Positions 28,880-39,900 of a stretch of 64,000 nt of DNA are shown piece after piece. Source of the DNA: Verrucomicrobiales bacterium (GTDB lineage: Bacteria; Verrucomicrobiota; Verrucomicrobiia; Verrucomicrobiales; V1-33); assembly GCA_031411295.1 (NCBI GenBank), contig JANOAV010000192.1, positions 1-64,000 of the forward strand, written 5' to 3'. The notes beneath the pieces are model-generated. The model saw only the letters and a program-made list of their open reading frames with translations, did not search any database and was not told the DNA's origin. The position numbers and the translations under genes are program-made. Every line of letters starts with the position of its first letter. The stretch's first letter is position 1.

Positions 28880-29611
28880 ATGAATCCCGACTCCGCCTCC
28901 TCCTTCCGGAAAACCTTATTGCTCGTCATCGCAGCCCACGCGGCCGTGGCGGCCATTCCTATTGCCTGGGTGTCGCTCCGGCCGCGCCAGCCCATGGTGG
29001 CTGCGGGGCCAGTTCCGTTTAAGGTCGAGGAGATCCAATGGCTGGATCCCTCCTTGCCAGGGGGCGAGGAGTTACCCGCTCCGGTGAAACCAATCGTAAC
29101 CCAAATGCCTAAGTCTGCAAAGGTGGCGACCACCGCCAAGCCGTCAGTCCAACGGTCACAATTGGGGCATGTGGAAAAGCTTCCAGCCGCGAAAACCAAA
29201 ATTTCCCGGCCCCAGCAAGTCAACTTTCATCCTAAAGTATCGGAGGGAACGGAAGTCAATCCCGCTCCGGCTGCAGCGGTGGCGGAGCATCCGGCAAGCG
29301 GGCAGGCAGCAATGGCCCCGCAGGAGGAGGATTTGTTGCGAGCCTATCACGAGCGGATCCAGCGGGTGCTGGAATCGCAGTGGCAGCAACCGTCGCATCC
29401 GGCTACGGAGCGGGCTCCGGTAACAAAGGTGGCCATCACCATCAGTCGGGCTGGGGAAGTAAGTGGGGTGAAACTGGCGGCTAGTTCCGGTTACCCCGAG
29501 GTGGATCGGTCGGCCTTGGCAGCCGCGCATGCGGTGCCGCAGATTGATCCATTGCCAATGGCGGTCCGCGGTGATAGCTATCAACTCGTTATTCGTTTCG
29601 TCTTAAACTGA
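28880..29611 (+). CDS. TolA/TonB C-terminal domain protein
   Basis: N-terminal TM with His (AAHAA), Pro/Ala-rich linker, ITISRAGEV...SSGYPEVDRSAL. Confidence 0.85.
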   Translation: MNPDSASSFRKTLLLVIAAHAAVAAIPIAWVSLRPRQPMVAAGPVPFKVEEIQWLDPSLPGGEELPAPVKPIVTQMPKSAKVATTAKPSVQRSQLGHVEKLPAAKTKISRPQQVNFHPKVSEGTEVNPAPAAAVAEHPASGQAAMAPQEEDLLRAYHERIQRVLESQWQQPSHPATERAPVTKVAITISRAGEVSGVKLAASSGYPEVDRSALAAAHAVPQIDPLPMAVRGDSYQLVIRFVLN

Positions 29612-29614
29612 CTT

Positions 29615-30781
29615 ATGGTTCGCAAGTTCGCCCTCCTGCTTTCCACCAGCCTGCTCCTTGGCAGAGCTGGAGTGGCGGTATGCGCTGAAAGTCCCTCCGC
29701 TGGACTCCACGTGGAGAGCCTCACCAGTAAAGCTTATGTGCGGTTGGCGGATTTTACGGGCAGCCTTGCCGCTACGGCGGCAGAAGCGGTGCGCGCGGCC
29801 TTGGAGCAGTCTGGGGATTTTCTCTTTGAAGGGGCCGGCAAACCTTATGTGGTGCGGGCCGTGGCTTCAGGAGGGAAGATTCACGGCTCCTTGGTGCATC
29901 CGGATGGCAAGGTGATGTTTTCGGAGAATTATGATAACCTTGGCCTCCGTGCCAATGCGCTGCAATTCGCGGATGAGATCCAGAGTGTGTTGCTGGGACG
30001 GCCTGGGATCGGGATGACGCAAGTGGCCTTCGTAAGTGATGTCACTGGTTTCAAGGAGATTTACACCTGTGCTGCGGATGGCTCCAATGTGAAGCAGGTG
30101 ACCCATGATAGCTCGACCTGTGTCTCCCCGGACTTGCGCAACGACGCGGCGTATTTGTCGTTCACAAGTTATGTCAGTGGGTATCCTGATATTTATTTGA
30201 TCGACCTCAAGAATGGGAACCGCCGTCGCATTGTGAATGCCCCGGGAACGAACAGCGGCGCGTCGTTCAGTCCTGATGGAGAACGCTTGGCGATGACGAT
30301 GAGTTTTTCGGGCAATCCGGAAATCTACATAACCAATCCCGGGGGGCTGGGGGGGCGCAGGCTAACCACCACCTCGTGGGCGGAGTCCTCGCCAGCATGG
30401 TCGCCTGATGGTAAACGAATTGCCTTCAGTGCGAACCCTAATGGCAAGCCTGCGATCTTTATTGTGCCAAGTGCGGGAGGATCAGCCACGCAGGTTCTCA
30501 ACGGCTTTCAGTATGCCACGGAGCCGAATTGGTCGCCCGATGGTAACTTGCTGGCGGCTACGGTGCGGCAGGGGGCAAGGTTGTCCGTCGCGCTAACCGA
30601 TCTGCATATGGGGACGACGCGAGTGGTGGCGGAAGGACAGGATGCTTGCTGGGGAGTGGACGGCAGACATCTGCTCTACGTGCAGCGGGATCATCTGATC
30701 CTGCATCACATCGGCAACGATACGAAGCGCACGATTATTTCCAATCTCGGTCATGTCTCGCAACCCACTTGGTCGCGCTAA
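29615..30781 (+). CDS. tolB: TolB-like beta-propeller protein
   Basis: PD40 repeats (FSPDGE, WSPDGK, WSPDGN), ends QPTWSR. Confidence 0.85.
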   Translation: MVRKFALLLSTSLLLGRAGVAVCAESPSAGLHVESLTSKAYVRLADFTGSLAATAAEAVRAALEQSGDFLFEGAGKPYVVRAVASGGKIHGSLVHPDGKVMFSENYDNLGLRANALQFADEIQSVLLGRPGIGMTQVAFVSDVTGFKEIYTCAADGSNVKQVTHDSSTCVSPDLRNDAAYLSFTSYVSGYPDIYLIDLKNGNRRRIVNAPGTNSGASFSPDGERLAMTMSFSGNPEIYITNPGGLGGRRLTTTSWAESSPAWSPDGKRIAFSANPNGKPAIFIVPSAGGSATQVLNGFQYATEPNWSPDGNLLAATVRQGARLSVALTDLHMGTTRVVAEGQDACWGVDGRHLLYVQRDHLILHHIGNDTKRTIISNLGHVSQPTWSR

Positions 30782-30784
30782 TTT

Positions 30785-31270
30785 ATGCATTTCTCCAGCC
30801 TGCTGCCATTCATGAAGCTTCGCTTGTTCAGTCGGTGTCTGCCGCTGGGCGCAGGATGCTTGGTGGCTTGCGGCAATTTTACCAATCAGGGCGGGATGGC
30901 CGCTCGTAATGAAACTTACTCCTTGGTCGGACCGGGCCGCGAGCGCATCGACCGCAGTCAATTTCCCAAGGTCAGCTTTGCGGAAGACAGTGCGAGGTTA
31001 GCCCCTGTCGAAATCAAGAAATTAGCGAGTGTTAGCATCTATCTGCGGGAGCATCCTGCCACACGAATGTTGCTCGTGGGCTGGGCCCGTGACCCGGGCA
31101 CGGCAGAGTATAATCGGGTGCTGGGAGAGCAGCGTGCCCAGTCGGTGCGGGATGCTTTGGTGGCTGCAGGGGTCCCGGAGGATAAGCTGCAAACGCTGTC
31201 GCTGGGTGGAGACGTGGAGGTGGGTTCCGGGGGAGATGGACGCTGCGTGGAACTTGGGATCGTGCGTTGA
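30785..31270 (+). CDS. Pal/OmpA-family lipoprotein (divergent)
   Basis: LVAC lipobox; GTAEYNRVLGEQRAQSVRDAL. Start may be 30812. Confidence 0.82.
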   Translation: MHFSSLLPFMKLRLFSRCLPLGAGCLVACGNFTNQGGMAARNETYSLVGPGRERIDRSQFPKVSFAEDSARLAPVEIKKLASVSIYLREHPATRMLLVGWARDPGTAEYNRVLGEQRAQSVRDALVAAGVPEDKLQTLSLGGDVEVGSGGDGRCVELGIVR

Positions 31271-31319
31271 CAGCAGGCTCCATCCGAATCTTAGTAACCT
31301 AAATGTCCTTCTGATCTCT

Positions 31320-32756
31320 GTGTTTTCCTTTCGTTCCTCCTTTAGCACCACGGTTGTTTCGCTACTGGCAATTTTGCTAGTAGGGAGCGAGGTTTCGTGT
31401 AAGAAATCCTCGTCTCAGTCCGCAGGAGGAGCAACCAGCACGGACGCCCCCAAAGCTGCGGTGGTGGAGATTTCTGACGAAGTGGAGCCCGTTGCGGTGG
31501 AACCGGAGGCCGTGCCGCCGCTGGATCCTGCGATTCCGGAATTGAAGGTGAACAAGGCTGCGCAGGTGGCGATTCTTTGCTATCACGATTTCGTAACCAC
31601 CAAGGCCGCCACCCAGATGCGCATTCAGACCGACCACTTTAGGCAACAGATGCAGGCCATCAAGGATGCCCGTCTGCCAGTCATCAGTCTGACGGATTTC
31701 ATCAAATGGCGGCGTGGGGAAAAGGATATTCCAGACTCGGCGGTTATGATTACGATTGATGACGGCTATAGCAGTGTTTACACGGATGCCCTGCCGATCC
31801 TCAAAGAATTCGGCTATCCGTTTGCGGTCTTTCTCTATAAGCAATACGTGAATGGCGGAGGTCGAGCCCTGACCACGCCCATGATTAAGGAAATTCTCGC
31901 GAACCGTGGAGAAGTGGGGAGTCACAGTGTGAGCCACCCTTTCAATATTGCGCGTCCGGGGAATCGCACACCAGAGGAATACGAGACGTTTCTGATTCAC
32001 GAGTTGCGGGACTCCAAGCAATTCCTGGAAGACCTGCTGATGTTGCCGGTTCCCACCTATGCGCATCCTGGAGGGACCTACACGCAGCACATTTTGGAAT
32101 TAGGCACCTCCTTCGGCTACGAATTCATGTTCAGCGTGAATCCGGCCAAAGCCACCTGGGAAAGCCAGTCGGGCTTGATTCCGCGCTATGTGGTGCTGGG
32201 AAATGATCCGCATGACCGCAACTTGAAGGCGGCCCTCAGTTTCCATGGGGTGAGTGAAGGTGATCTTGGGAGACAACTGTTGGGTGGAGGGGAGGGCGAA
32301 GCCGAATCGCTTGTGAGCACCTCGCCCCCGCCGAATGCGACCATCGCGGAGCGCAGACCGCTGCTGGCAATCGATGTTAGTAAACTGGAGGGCATCGATC
32401 CTGCTTCCGTCACCATGCGGATGGCAGGTTACGGCCAAGTGCCTTGCAGCTTCGATGCCCGCACGGGACACATCACCTATCAAGTCGTGGAGCCGTTCCG
32501 CAGCAATGAAGTTCACGTCCATGTCTCTTTCCAGCGGAAGGGGCAGGATAAGCCAGATATGGTTAGTTGGAAATTCTTCATTGATTTGGTGGCCCATTAT
32601 TTGCCGGAACCCCCAGCCACGGTGGCGGCCCCCAAGCCTGTAATCATGGAGGAGGCTGGTCAGCCCATGCCAGTGGACAATCCGCTGCACCAAGCACCCG
32701 CCCCTGAGGCTCCCCCAGCGAAGTCAAAAGTGGAGCACAAGAAAGCCAAGAAATAA
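31320..32756 (+). CDS. Polysaccharide deacetylase (NodB/CE4) family protein
   Basis: ILCYHDF, ITIDDGY, GSHSVSH, YAHPGG. GTG 31320 gives a signal peptide and avoids overlap with the Pal gene. Confidence 0.88.
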   Translation: MFSFRSSFSTTVVSLLAILLVGSEVSCKKSSSQSAGGATSTDAPKAAVVEISDEVEPVAVEPEAVPPLDPAIPELKVNKAAQVAILCYHDFVTTKAATQMRIQTDHFRQQMQAIKDARLPVISLTDFIKWRRGEKDIPDSAVMITIDDGYSSVYTDALPILKEFGYPFAVFLYKQYVNGGGRALTTPMIKEILANRGEVGSHSVSHPFNIARPGNRTPEEYETFLIHELRDSKQFLEDLLMLPVPTYAHPGGTYTQHILELGTSFGYEFMFSVNPAKATWESQSGLIPRYVVLGNDPHDRNLKAALSFHGVSEGDLGRQLLGGGEGEAESLVSTSPPPNATIAERRPLLAIDVSKLEGIDPASVTMRMAGYGQVPCSFDARTGHITYQVVEPFRSNEVHVHVSFQRKGQDKPDMVSWKFFIDLVAHYLPEPPATVAAPKPVIMEEAGQPMPVDNPLHQAPAPEAPPAKSKVEHKKAKK

Positions 32757-33676
32757 TGCGCGAACTTCAAGTGATAGATTCTCATACCGGTGGCGAGCCG
32801 ACGCGGGTGGTAGTTTCCGGAGTGCCGGATCTGGGGCCGGGCAGTGTGACTGAGCGACTCACCGTGTTGCAACGCGAGCATGATTGGATCCGCCGAGCCG
32901 TCATCTTGGAACCCCGCGGCTCTGAAGTCATGGTGGGGGCGGTCTTGTTGGCGCCGCAAGACCCTGCGAATGCCTGTGGCGTCATTTTCTTCAACAATGT
33001 GGGCTATCTGAACATGTGCGGTCATGGCACCATCGGTCTGATGGAAACGCTGCGGCATCTGGGGCGATTGACCCCCGGTGAGGTTAAGATTGAGACCTGT
33101 GTCGGTGTGGTTAGCGCTTGGTTGGATGCTGATGGGGCCGTCACCCTGCGGAATGTGCCCAGTTACCGCAAACTCCATCATTGGCCGTTGGAAATCCCAG
33201 GGCACGGAGGGGTCCATGGCGATGTCGCCTGGGGTGGAAATTGGTTTCTGCTGATAGCGGATCATGGACTGGAGATTACGTTGAAGAACGTTTCTAAACT
33301 CACGGAATTCTCGCTGGCAGCTCTAGCAGCTTCTCATGCCGCAGGGGAAACGGAGATCGACCATGTGGAACTCTTCGGCCCCGGGGAAGCAGTGGGGGCA
33401 GATAGTCAGAATTTCGTGCTCTGTCCGGGACAGGCTTATGATCGCTCACCCTGTGGCACGGGGACCAGCGCCAAACTAGCGTGCCTCTATGCCGACGGCA
33501 AATTGGCACCAGGCCAAGTGTGGCGCCAAGCTGGGATTCTGGGCACCAGTTTCCTGGGGCGCGTTGAGGTTGAGGACGGACAGATTATTCCTTATATCAC
33601 TGGGCGCGCGTTCGTAAATGCAGAAGTGAAACTGCTGCTGCATCCAGAGGATCCATTCGCTGAAGGAATTGGCTAG
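32756..33676 (+). CDS. Proline racemase family protein (4-hydroxyproline epimerase-like)
   Basis: IDSHTGGEPTR, EPRG, NMCGHG, DRSPCGTGTSA (both catalytic Cys present). Confidence 0.93.
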   Translation: MRELQVIDSHTGGEPTRVVVSGVPDLGPGSVTERLTVLQREHDWIRRAVILEPRGSEVMVGAVLLAPQDPANACGVIFFNNVGYLNMCGHGTIGLMETLRHLGRLTPGEVKIETCVGVVSAWLDADGAVTLRNVPSYRKLHHWPLEIPGHGGVHGDVAWGGNWFLLIADHGLEITLKNVSKLTEFSLAALAASHAAGETEIDHVELFGPGEAVGADSQNFVLCPGQAYDRSPCGTGTSAKLACLYADGKLAPGQVWRQAGILGTSFLGRVEVEDGQIIPYITGRAFVNAEVKLLLHPEDPFAEGIG

Positions 33677-33906
33677 TCGCGGACACGGCATGGGAGGTGG
33701 GCTGCGCCAAATTCCAGTATTTATTATTGGCGGAAGGAAAGGCTGGGGGAAATTAAAATGACGCAAAATCGAATATTAAGAACGCAATCTTAAAATGGAC
33801 GGCTTGGGTTTTAGTCGTAGTGTCAAAGGAGTTCCTTTCTTCCCACAACTGTAATACGTTGTGGGTTTTTGGGTTCGCTTCTTGGCAGATTTTCCACTAT
33901 TCCATC

Positions 33907-36900
33907 ATGAAAAAGTCCCCGTTTCGATCCTGCTCCTCAGCCGCTGTAGCCACATTCGTGGCTGCGATCGCCATGTTTAATCACGCTCAAGCTGGCAATA
34001 CGTGGGATGGCGGCGGGAGCACGAGCGATTGGTCTGATCCTGTGAACTGGGACAGCGATACTCTCCCAGCTTATGGCACGCTGAACTTCTCCGGTTCCAC
34101 GCAGACGACAAATACGGTGAATGCCAACACGTCCATGAACCGACTGCTGTGGTCTGGCACAAGTGCCTGGACGCTGAATGCCAGCAACGGTGCGGTGTTG
34201 TCGCTATTCGATGCCGGTGGCACTCAGGCAAAATTGGAAAATCAAAGCACGGGCTTGGTGACGGCTAATGCGCCGATTACGTTTGCGGCCAACAATGCTT
34301 CACCAGCGAATCCCTTTGGGGAAATCAATGCGATCAATGGGGACATCACATTCGGCAGTGCGGGGGCGCTGACGGTGAATGGCTCATCGGTGAATGGATT
34401 GAAATTCTGGGGCGGGGCGGGTCGCACGGTAACTTTTAACAACACCGTGAGTGCTGCCGGCAAATGGCTCGCCACGACGGGCAGTGGAGCAATCACAATT
34501 GGCAGCACTGGGAGCGTCACGGCGGACAATATCTTTGTGATGAATGGCGGGGTTCTGAATTTGGGCGGAGCGTTGACTGGCGCGGTTCGCCTCGGTGGAG
34601 ATTTTGGAGCCACTGGAAATCAAGATTTAACCAAGAGCGGAACGTTTAACCTGACGCCAACCACAGGTGGACTAACCTTCTCCGGCACGGTAAATTCTGT
34701 GACCAGCAATACTTCGGGGGCGTTGATGGTGAATTCGCAAAACACCAGTGGAACAAATACGCTGAGCGGTTTGATTGTGCTCGATTCGAATCTGACGATC
34801 AATCAAGCGGCAGGCGGGACGCTAACTCTTTCGCAACAGCACACGGACGGAGCCACAGGTGCGACGGGCACAAATATCAAGAGTCTGGCGCTGACGCTGG
34901 CTCCGGCGGCAGGAGCTACGATCAATGCCAATGGCGGCATTTACAGCCTGACAAATAACGGATCCATCACAAACAATGGACCAGGCACGTTGAATATTGG
35001 TGCTCCGAGCAATGCGGGAAATTTATTTGTGCGTCAAGGGACTGTGCAGATTGGAACGGGCGCATCTTACACAGGATCGGCCTACTCAAGCGTGGGCCAG
35101 CTCAGTGGGGACAATGGCACGCTAACATTGACTGGAAATGCATCGATCACTGATCCGGCGGATTTCAACTTGGCGGATACTTCCGGGTCGCGCGGCACCT
35201 TGAATATGCAGAGCACGGGAACCGTGTCTGTCACGACGTTGTATGTCGGTAAAACCGGGACTGCGGTGGGAGTGCTGAACCAGAGCGCGGGAACGTTGAC
35301 GTATCCTGGGGCGGTGGGCGGCACGGAGTGGCGCATCGGTGGTGGCAGTAGCGGACAGACAGGTGCCTACGGGGTCTATAACATGTCAGGCGGCATCCTC
35401 AACACCGGAGCGAACTTCCAAGTGGGCGGCTATGGCGTTGGCGTGATGAACCTCACTGGCGGCACCGTCACCACGGCCAGTTGGACGGATGTGGCGCGTT
35501 TTTCGACCAGCGTGGGCCTGCTGAATATGTCGGGAGGGACCTGGAGCCAGACTGGCACCACGACGCGTTTCTTCGTGGCGGAAGACGGCACCGGGGTGAT
35601 GAATCTAACTGGTGGCACCCTAACATCATCCGGCGGTATCGTGCTGGGGCAGACTGCCACGGGAAATGGCATTCTGAATGTTCTGACCGGAGGCACGGCC
35701 AGCACGGTCTTCATTAACAAGGCGGCGGCTGCCACGGGACGGCTCTATTTAAATGGTGGGGCGGTGAAGTCCCTCGCGACTTCAGCGGCAGCTACTTTCC
35801 TAACTGGTCTAACGAGCACCACCGTGGGGCCAAATGGTGCGGTCTTTGATACGACAGCCCTCAGCGTGACGGTGGCGCAACCGTTGCTCGCGCCTACGGG
35901 TTCCGGCATCACGAACCTGCCGATCACCAACGGTGGTTCCGGTTACGTGGGGCAGCCGGTGGTGCAGATCACGGGTGGTGGCGGCACAGGCGCAACGGCG
36001 GTGGCCAACGTGACTGGCGGAGTGGTGACGGGTATTACGATCACGAATCCAGGAAATGATTACACCAGCGCGCCTACGTTCACGCTGCTGGGCGGCGGGT
36101 CCGCCGTGGCTGCGACACCGGGCACGGCGGTCATTGGAGCCAATATAACCACTGGCGGACTAACGAAAAATGGCACCAACATCCTAACCCTCTCCGGAGC
36201 GAATACGTTCAATGGAAATATCGCGATCAATGGTGGGGTGCTGATTCTGAATTACGCCACGAATGTAGCCTATCCAGGGAATATTACGGGCGTCGGTCAG
36301 CTTTCCAAGCTGGGTGCGGGGACCCTGACAATCAGTGGCACCATCAGCGCAACCAGCGCAAGCAACACGCCTATCATGATCGGCAATGGGGCCGCAGGCG
36401 GCGTAATGACTCTCACTAGCACCTCCGTGGTGAACAGCGGGGCGAGCGAAATTTACGTGGGAAATGGAGCCGGTGGTTCTGGCACACTCAATCTGAATGG
36501 CGGCACGATCAATCTGGGCAACTGGTTGGCGGTGGCGCGTGGCGGGGCCAGTGGCACGATGAACATGACTGCTGGCACGATCAATAAAACCGGCGTGGGC
36601 AATATCACGATCGGTGGCAGTGGTGCCGGCGGTGGGGTGTTGAACCAAAGTGGCGGCACGATCAACGGTCTGGGGAGCAATTTCTTCGTGGGTGAAGTGG
36701 CTGGCACAGGTGTTTACAACCTTTCTGGCACGGGCGTGGCGAATGTTCCGGTGCTGAGTTTCGGGCAAAATGCCGCCTCCACCGGAACCGTGAATTTGGA
36801 TGGAGGCACGCTGGCTGCGAATCAGATTGTGAAAGTAAATGCCGGAGCCACGGCTACGTTTAATTTCAATGGCGGCACGCTGAAAGCCAACAGTGGAGCC

Positions 36901-39900
36901 AATGCAGCGTTCCTAACAGGACTGACCAATACCTTTGTGAAAGCTGGCGGAGCCATCATCGACACCAACGGCAACGCCATCACCATCGGCCAGAATTTGC
37001 TCACGGACACGGTTTCGCTGGGCGGCGGACTGACGAAAAATGGGACTGGCACGCTGACCTTGGCGGGGGCAAATTCCTACACGGGCCTAACCACAGTGAA
37101 TGCAGGCACGCTGGCGCTATCGGGCGCAGGAAGCCCCAGCAACCGTGTGTTCAACACCACGGTAAATACCGGAGCCACCTTGCAATTGCTGGATAACAAT
37201 CAGATTGGCACCAGCACTGTGACGCTAAATGGCGGCACATTTGATCTGAACACGAAGATCGAGTATTTCGATACTCTGGCCATGAGCAGCAATGCCTCCG
37301 TGATTGGCACCGGAGCCAGCGCTTTCACACTGGAGCACGCAGGAACGGCTGTCATTTCCGCCACGGGCGGTGGGAATGCGGGCACCATTTCCGCTGGCTT
37401 CGGCATCACATCGCAGTTCGGAGTGGCTCCCAATGCCGCCCGCACCGCGCAATTTAACATCGCAGCCAGCACAAACCTAACAGTCTCTGGAATCATTCGG
37501 GATACCCTGGAAGGCACCAGCAATGTTGGCAGTGTGGACAAGACAGGCGCGGGCACATTGCTGCTCTCGGGAGCCAATACTTTCACGGGCGTAACCTCCG
37601 TTTCCAACGGCACGCTGGCACTGGCTGGGGCAGGCTCCATCAATAACAGCAGCAGCATCACGGTGAATGGCAGCGGGGCGAAATATCTCCATAACAGTTC
37701 CGTGGCCAGCACGCGTGCCATCACACTCACACAGGGGACGCTCGACGGGACGGGCACGGTGGGAAATGTAACGGTGGGCAGCGGCACCGGCGGCATTGTC
37801 ACGAATGGCGATGGTGGTTCCAGCGCACTGACGATTGGAAATCTGACGTTTGGCGGAGCCGCCACCATCACCGCACGCGTCTCCGCAGCGGCCAATCCAG
37901 GGATCGTAGTTAGTGGATTGCTCACCAGCGCGGCCGGCATCACGATGAATGCCTCAAACACGGCTTGGACGAATGGCCAAGAATATCGCCTGCTGGGATA
38001 CAGCACGTTTACTGGGTCGCTGAGCGATTTCACGAAGGGCACCATTGCGAATCTGGGAGCACGTCAAAGCGCCACGCTGACGAATCCGACTGGTTACATA
38101 GCGCTATCGATTGCTGGGGACGCCCCGGTCTGGCGTGGCACGGGCGATGCCACTTGGACTTCGGTAGTGCAGACGCCCAAGAACTGGGTGCTGCAAAGCA
38201 ATAGCGCCACGCCGACGGATTTCTTCGTGGCGAATGACACCCCGATCTTCGATGACACGGCCACTGGCAGCACGGCGGTGGGTATCACGGAAAATGTCAA
38301 TCCCGCCAGCGTGGTCTTTAACAACAGCAGCTTAAACTACACGCTGAACAGCAGTGGTGGCTTCGGGATTACGGGTGGAACCCTGCTGAAACAAGGCACT
38401 GCTGCACTCACCATCAACACCGCCAATACCTTCAGCGGTGGCACAACGCTGAATGCAGGCGCGCTGAATTTGAACAACGCTTCTGCCATCGGCATGGGCA
38501 CCTTCATCATCGCAGGCGGAACGCTGGACAACACCAGCGGCGGAGCCATCACGCTGAGCACCAACAATGCTATCACGCTCAATAGCGATCTAACCTTCGG
38601 CGGAACCAATGCGCTGAATCTCGGCACCGGGGCGCTGGGACTGAGCGCGAATCGCACGTTCACCACGAATGGCACGGCACCGCTAACCATCGGTGGCGTT
38701 ATCAGTGGCTTGGGTTCCACGCTGACTAAAGCAGGAAATGGCACGTTGAATCTGGCGGGAGCCAATACCTTCAGCGGTGGTGCCATCGTCAACGCAGGCA
38801 CGTTGATTCTGAGTGGAAATAACACCATTTCCGGTGGTCTGACTGTGAACGCCGGAACGCTGGTGATCAATGCTGTGCAAAGTTTCACGGGCGGAGTGCT
38901 CATCAATGGCGGCACCGTTCAGACCGGGAATACTGGCGCGTTCAATACCGTGGCCCCTAACGTGGTAACGTTCGGCCCGGCCAGCACCGGAACGCTGCAA
39001 CTGAATGGCAACAACGTAACCATCGGCGGGCTTATTTCTGATGCCAACCTGGGCAGCCCCATCGTGGAAAACGGAGCGGCGGGCACGGCAACTCTCACGG
39101 TTAGTAATTCCGGCCCCAATACCTACGTTGGTCTGCTGCGAGATGGTGCCGCTGGTGTGCTGGCGCTGACCAAGGCTGGCAGCGGCACGCTGATCATTTC
39201 CGGCAGCAACACCTACACGGGCGCCACGGCCATTAAATCTGGAGTCTTGGAAATTCCTGCCAGCACGGCCCTTGGAGCTTCTAGCAATGTGACTATCAAC
39301 AGTAGTGGCATTTTCCGCATCGCTGGAAATACGACCATTTCCCAACCGCTGAATCTGGTGTTGGGAGGACCGGCGGCCTTCGGGACCGGCGGCGGGGCTA
39401 ACTCCACCGCCAACTTCACGGTGGATGTGCCGAGCGGAAGCTCCGTGGTGATGAGTGGCGCTGTCACTAACGCCAGCGGCAGCTTCATGAAGACCGGAGC
39501 GGGCGCGCTGACATTTACCAACAGCGGCACGAATAGCATCGCAAGCGTGGCGGCACTGGCGCTGACGCTGCAAAATGGATCGTTAGTCTTCGACGGTGGT
39601 GCCACCTCCATTTACAACGTCGGCAGCACTGGTGAATTCACGGTTGGCGATAACACGCCAAACCAAGTGAGCGCCACCATTGCCAGCGGCACGATCAATG
39701 TTCCCACTTATACTAGTATTGGTCGGGGGAATGGCACCACGGGATTGTCCTCATCATTGAATGTCACGGGCGGCACGCTGAACACGCTGAATCTCTTCAC
39801 GGGCTACGCCAACGGAGTGGCCGGCTACAATGCGAATCCGCAGATCAATATTTCTGGAACAGGGGTGGTGAATGCAACCACGATTCGTTTTGGAGAATCG

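Noticed and set aside
31029..31319. N-terminal extension of the deacetylase ORF
   Set aside because: Overlaps the Pal gene; the downstream GTG gives a better signal peptide.
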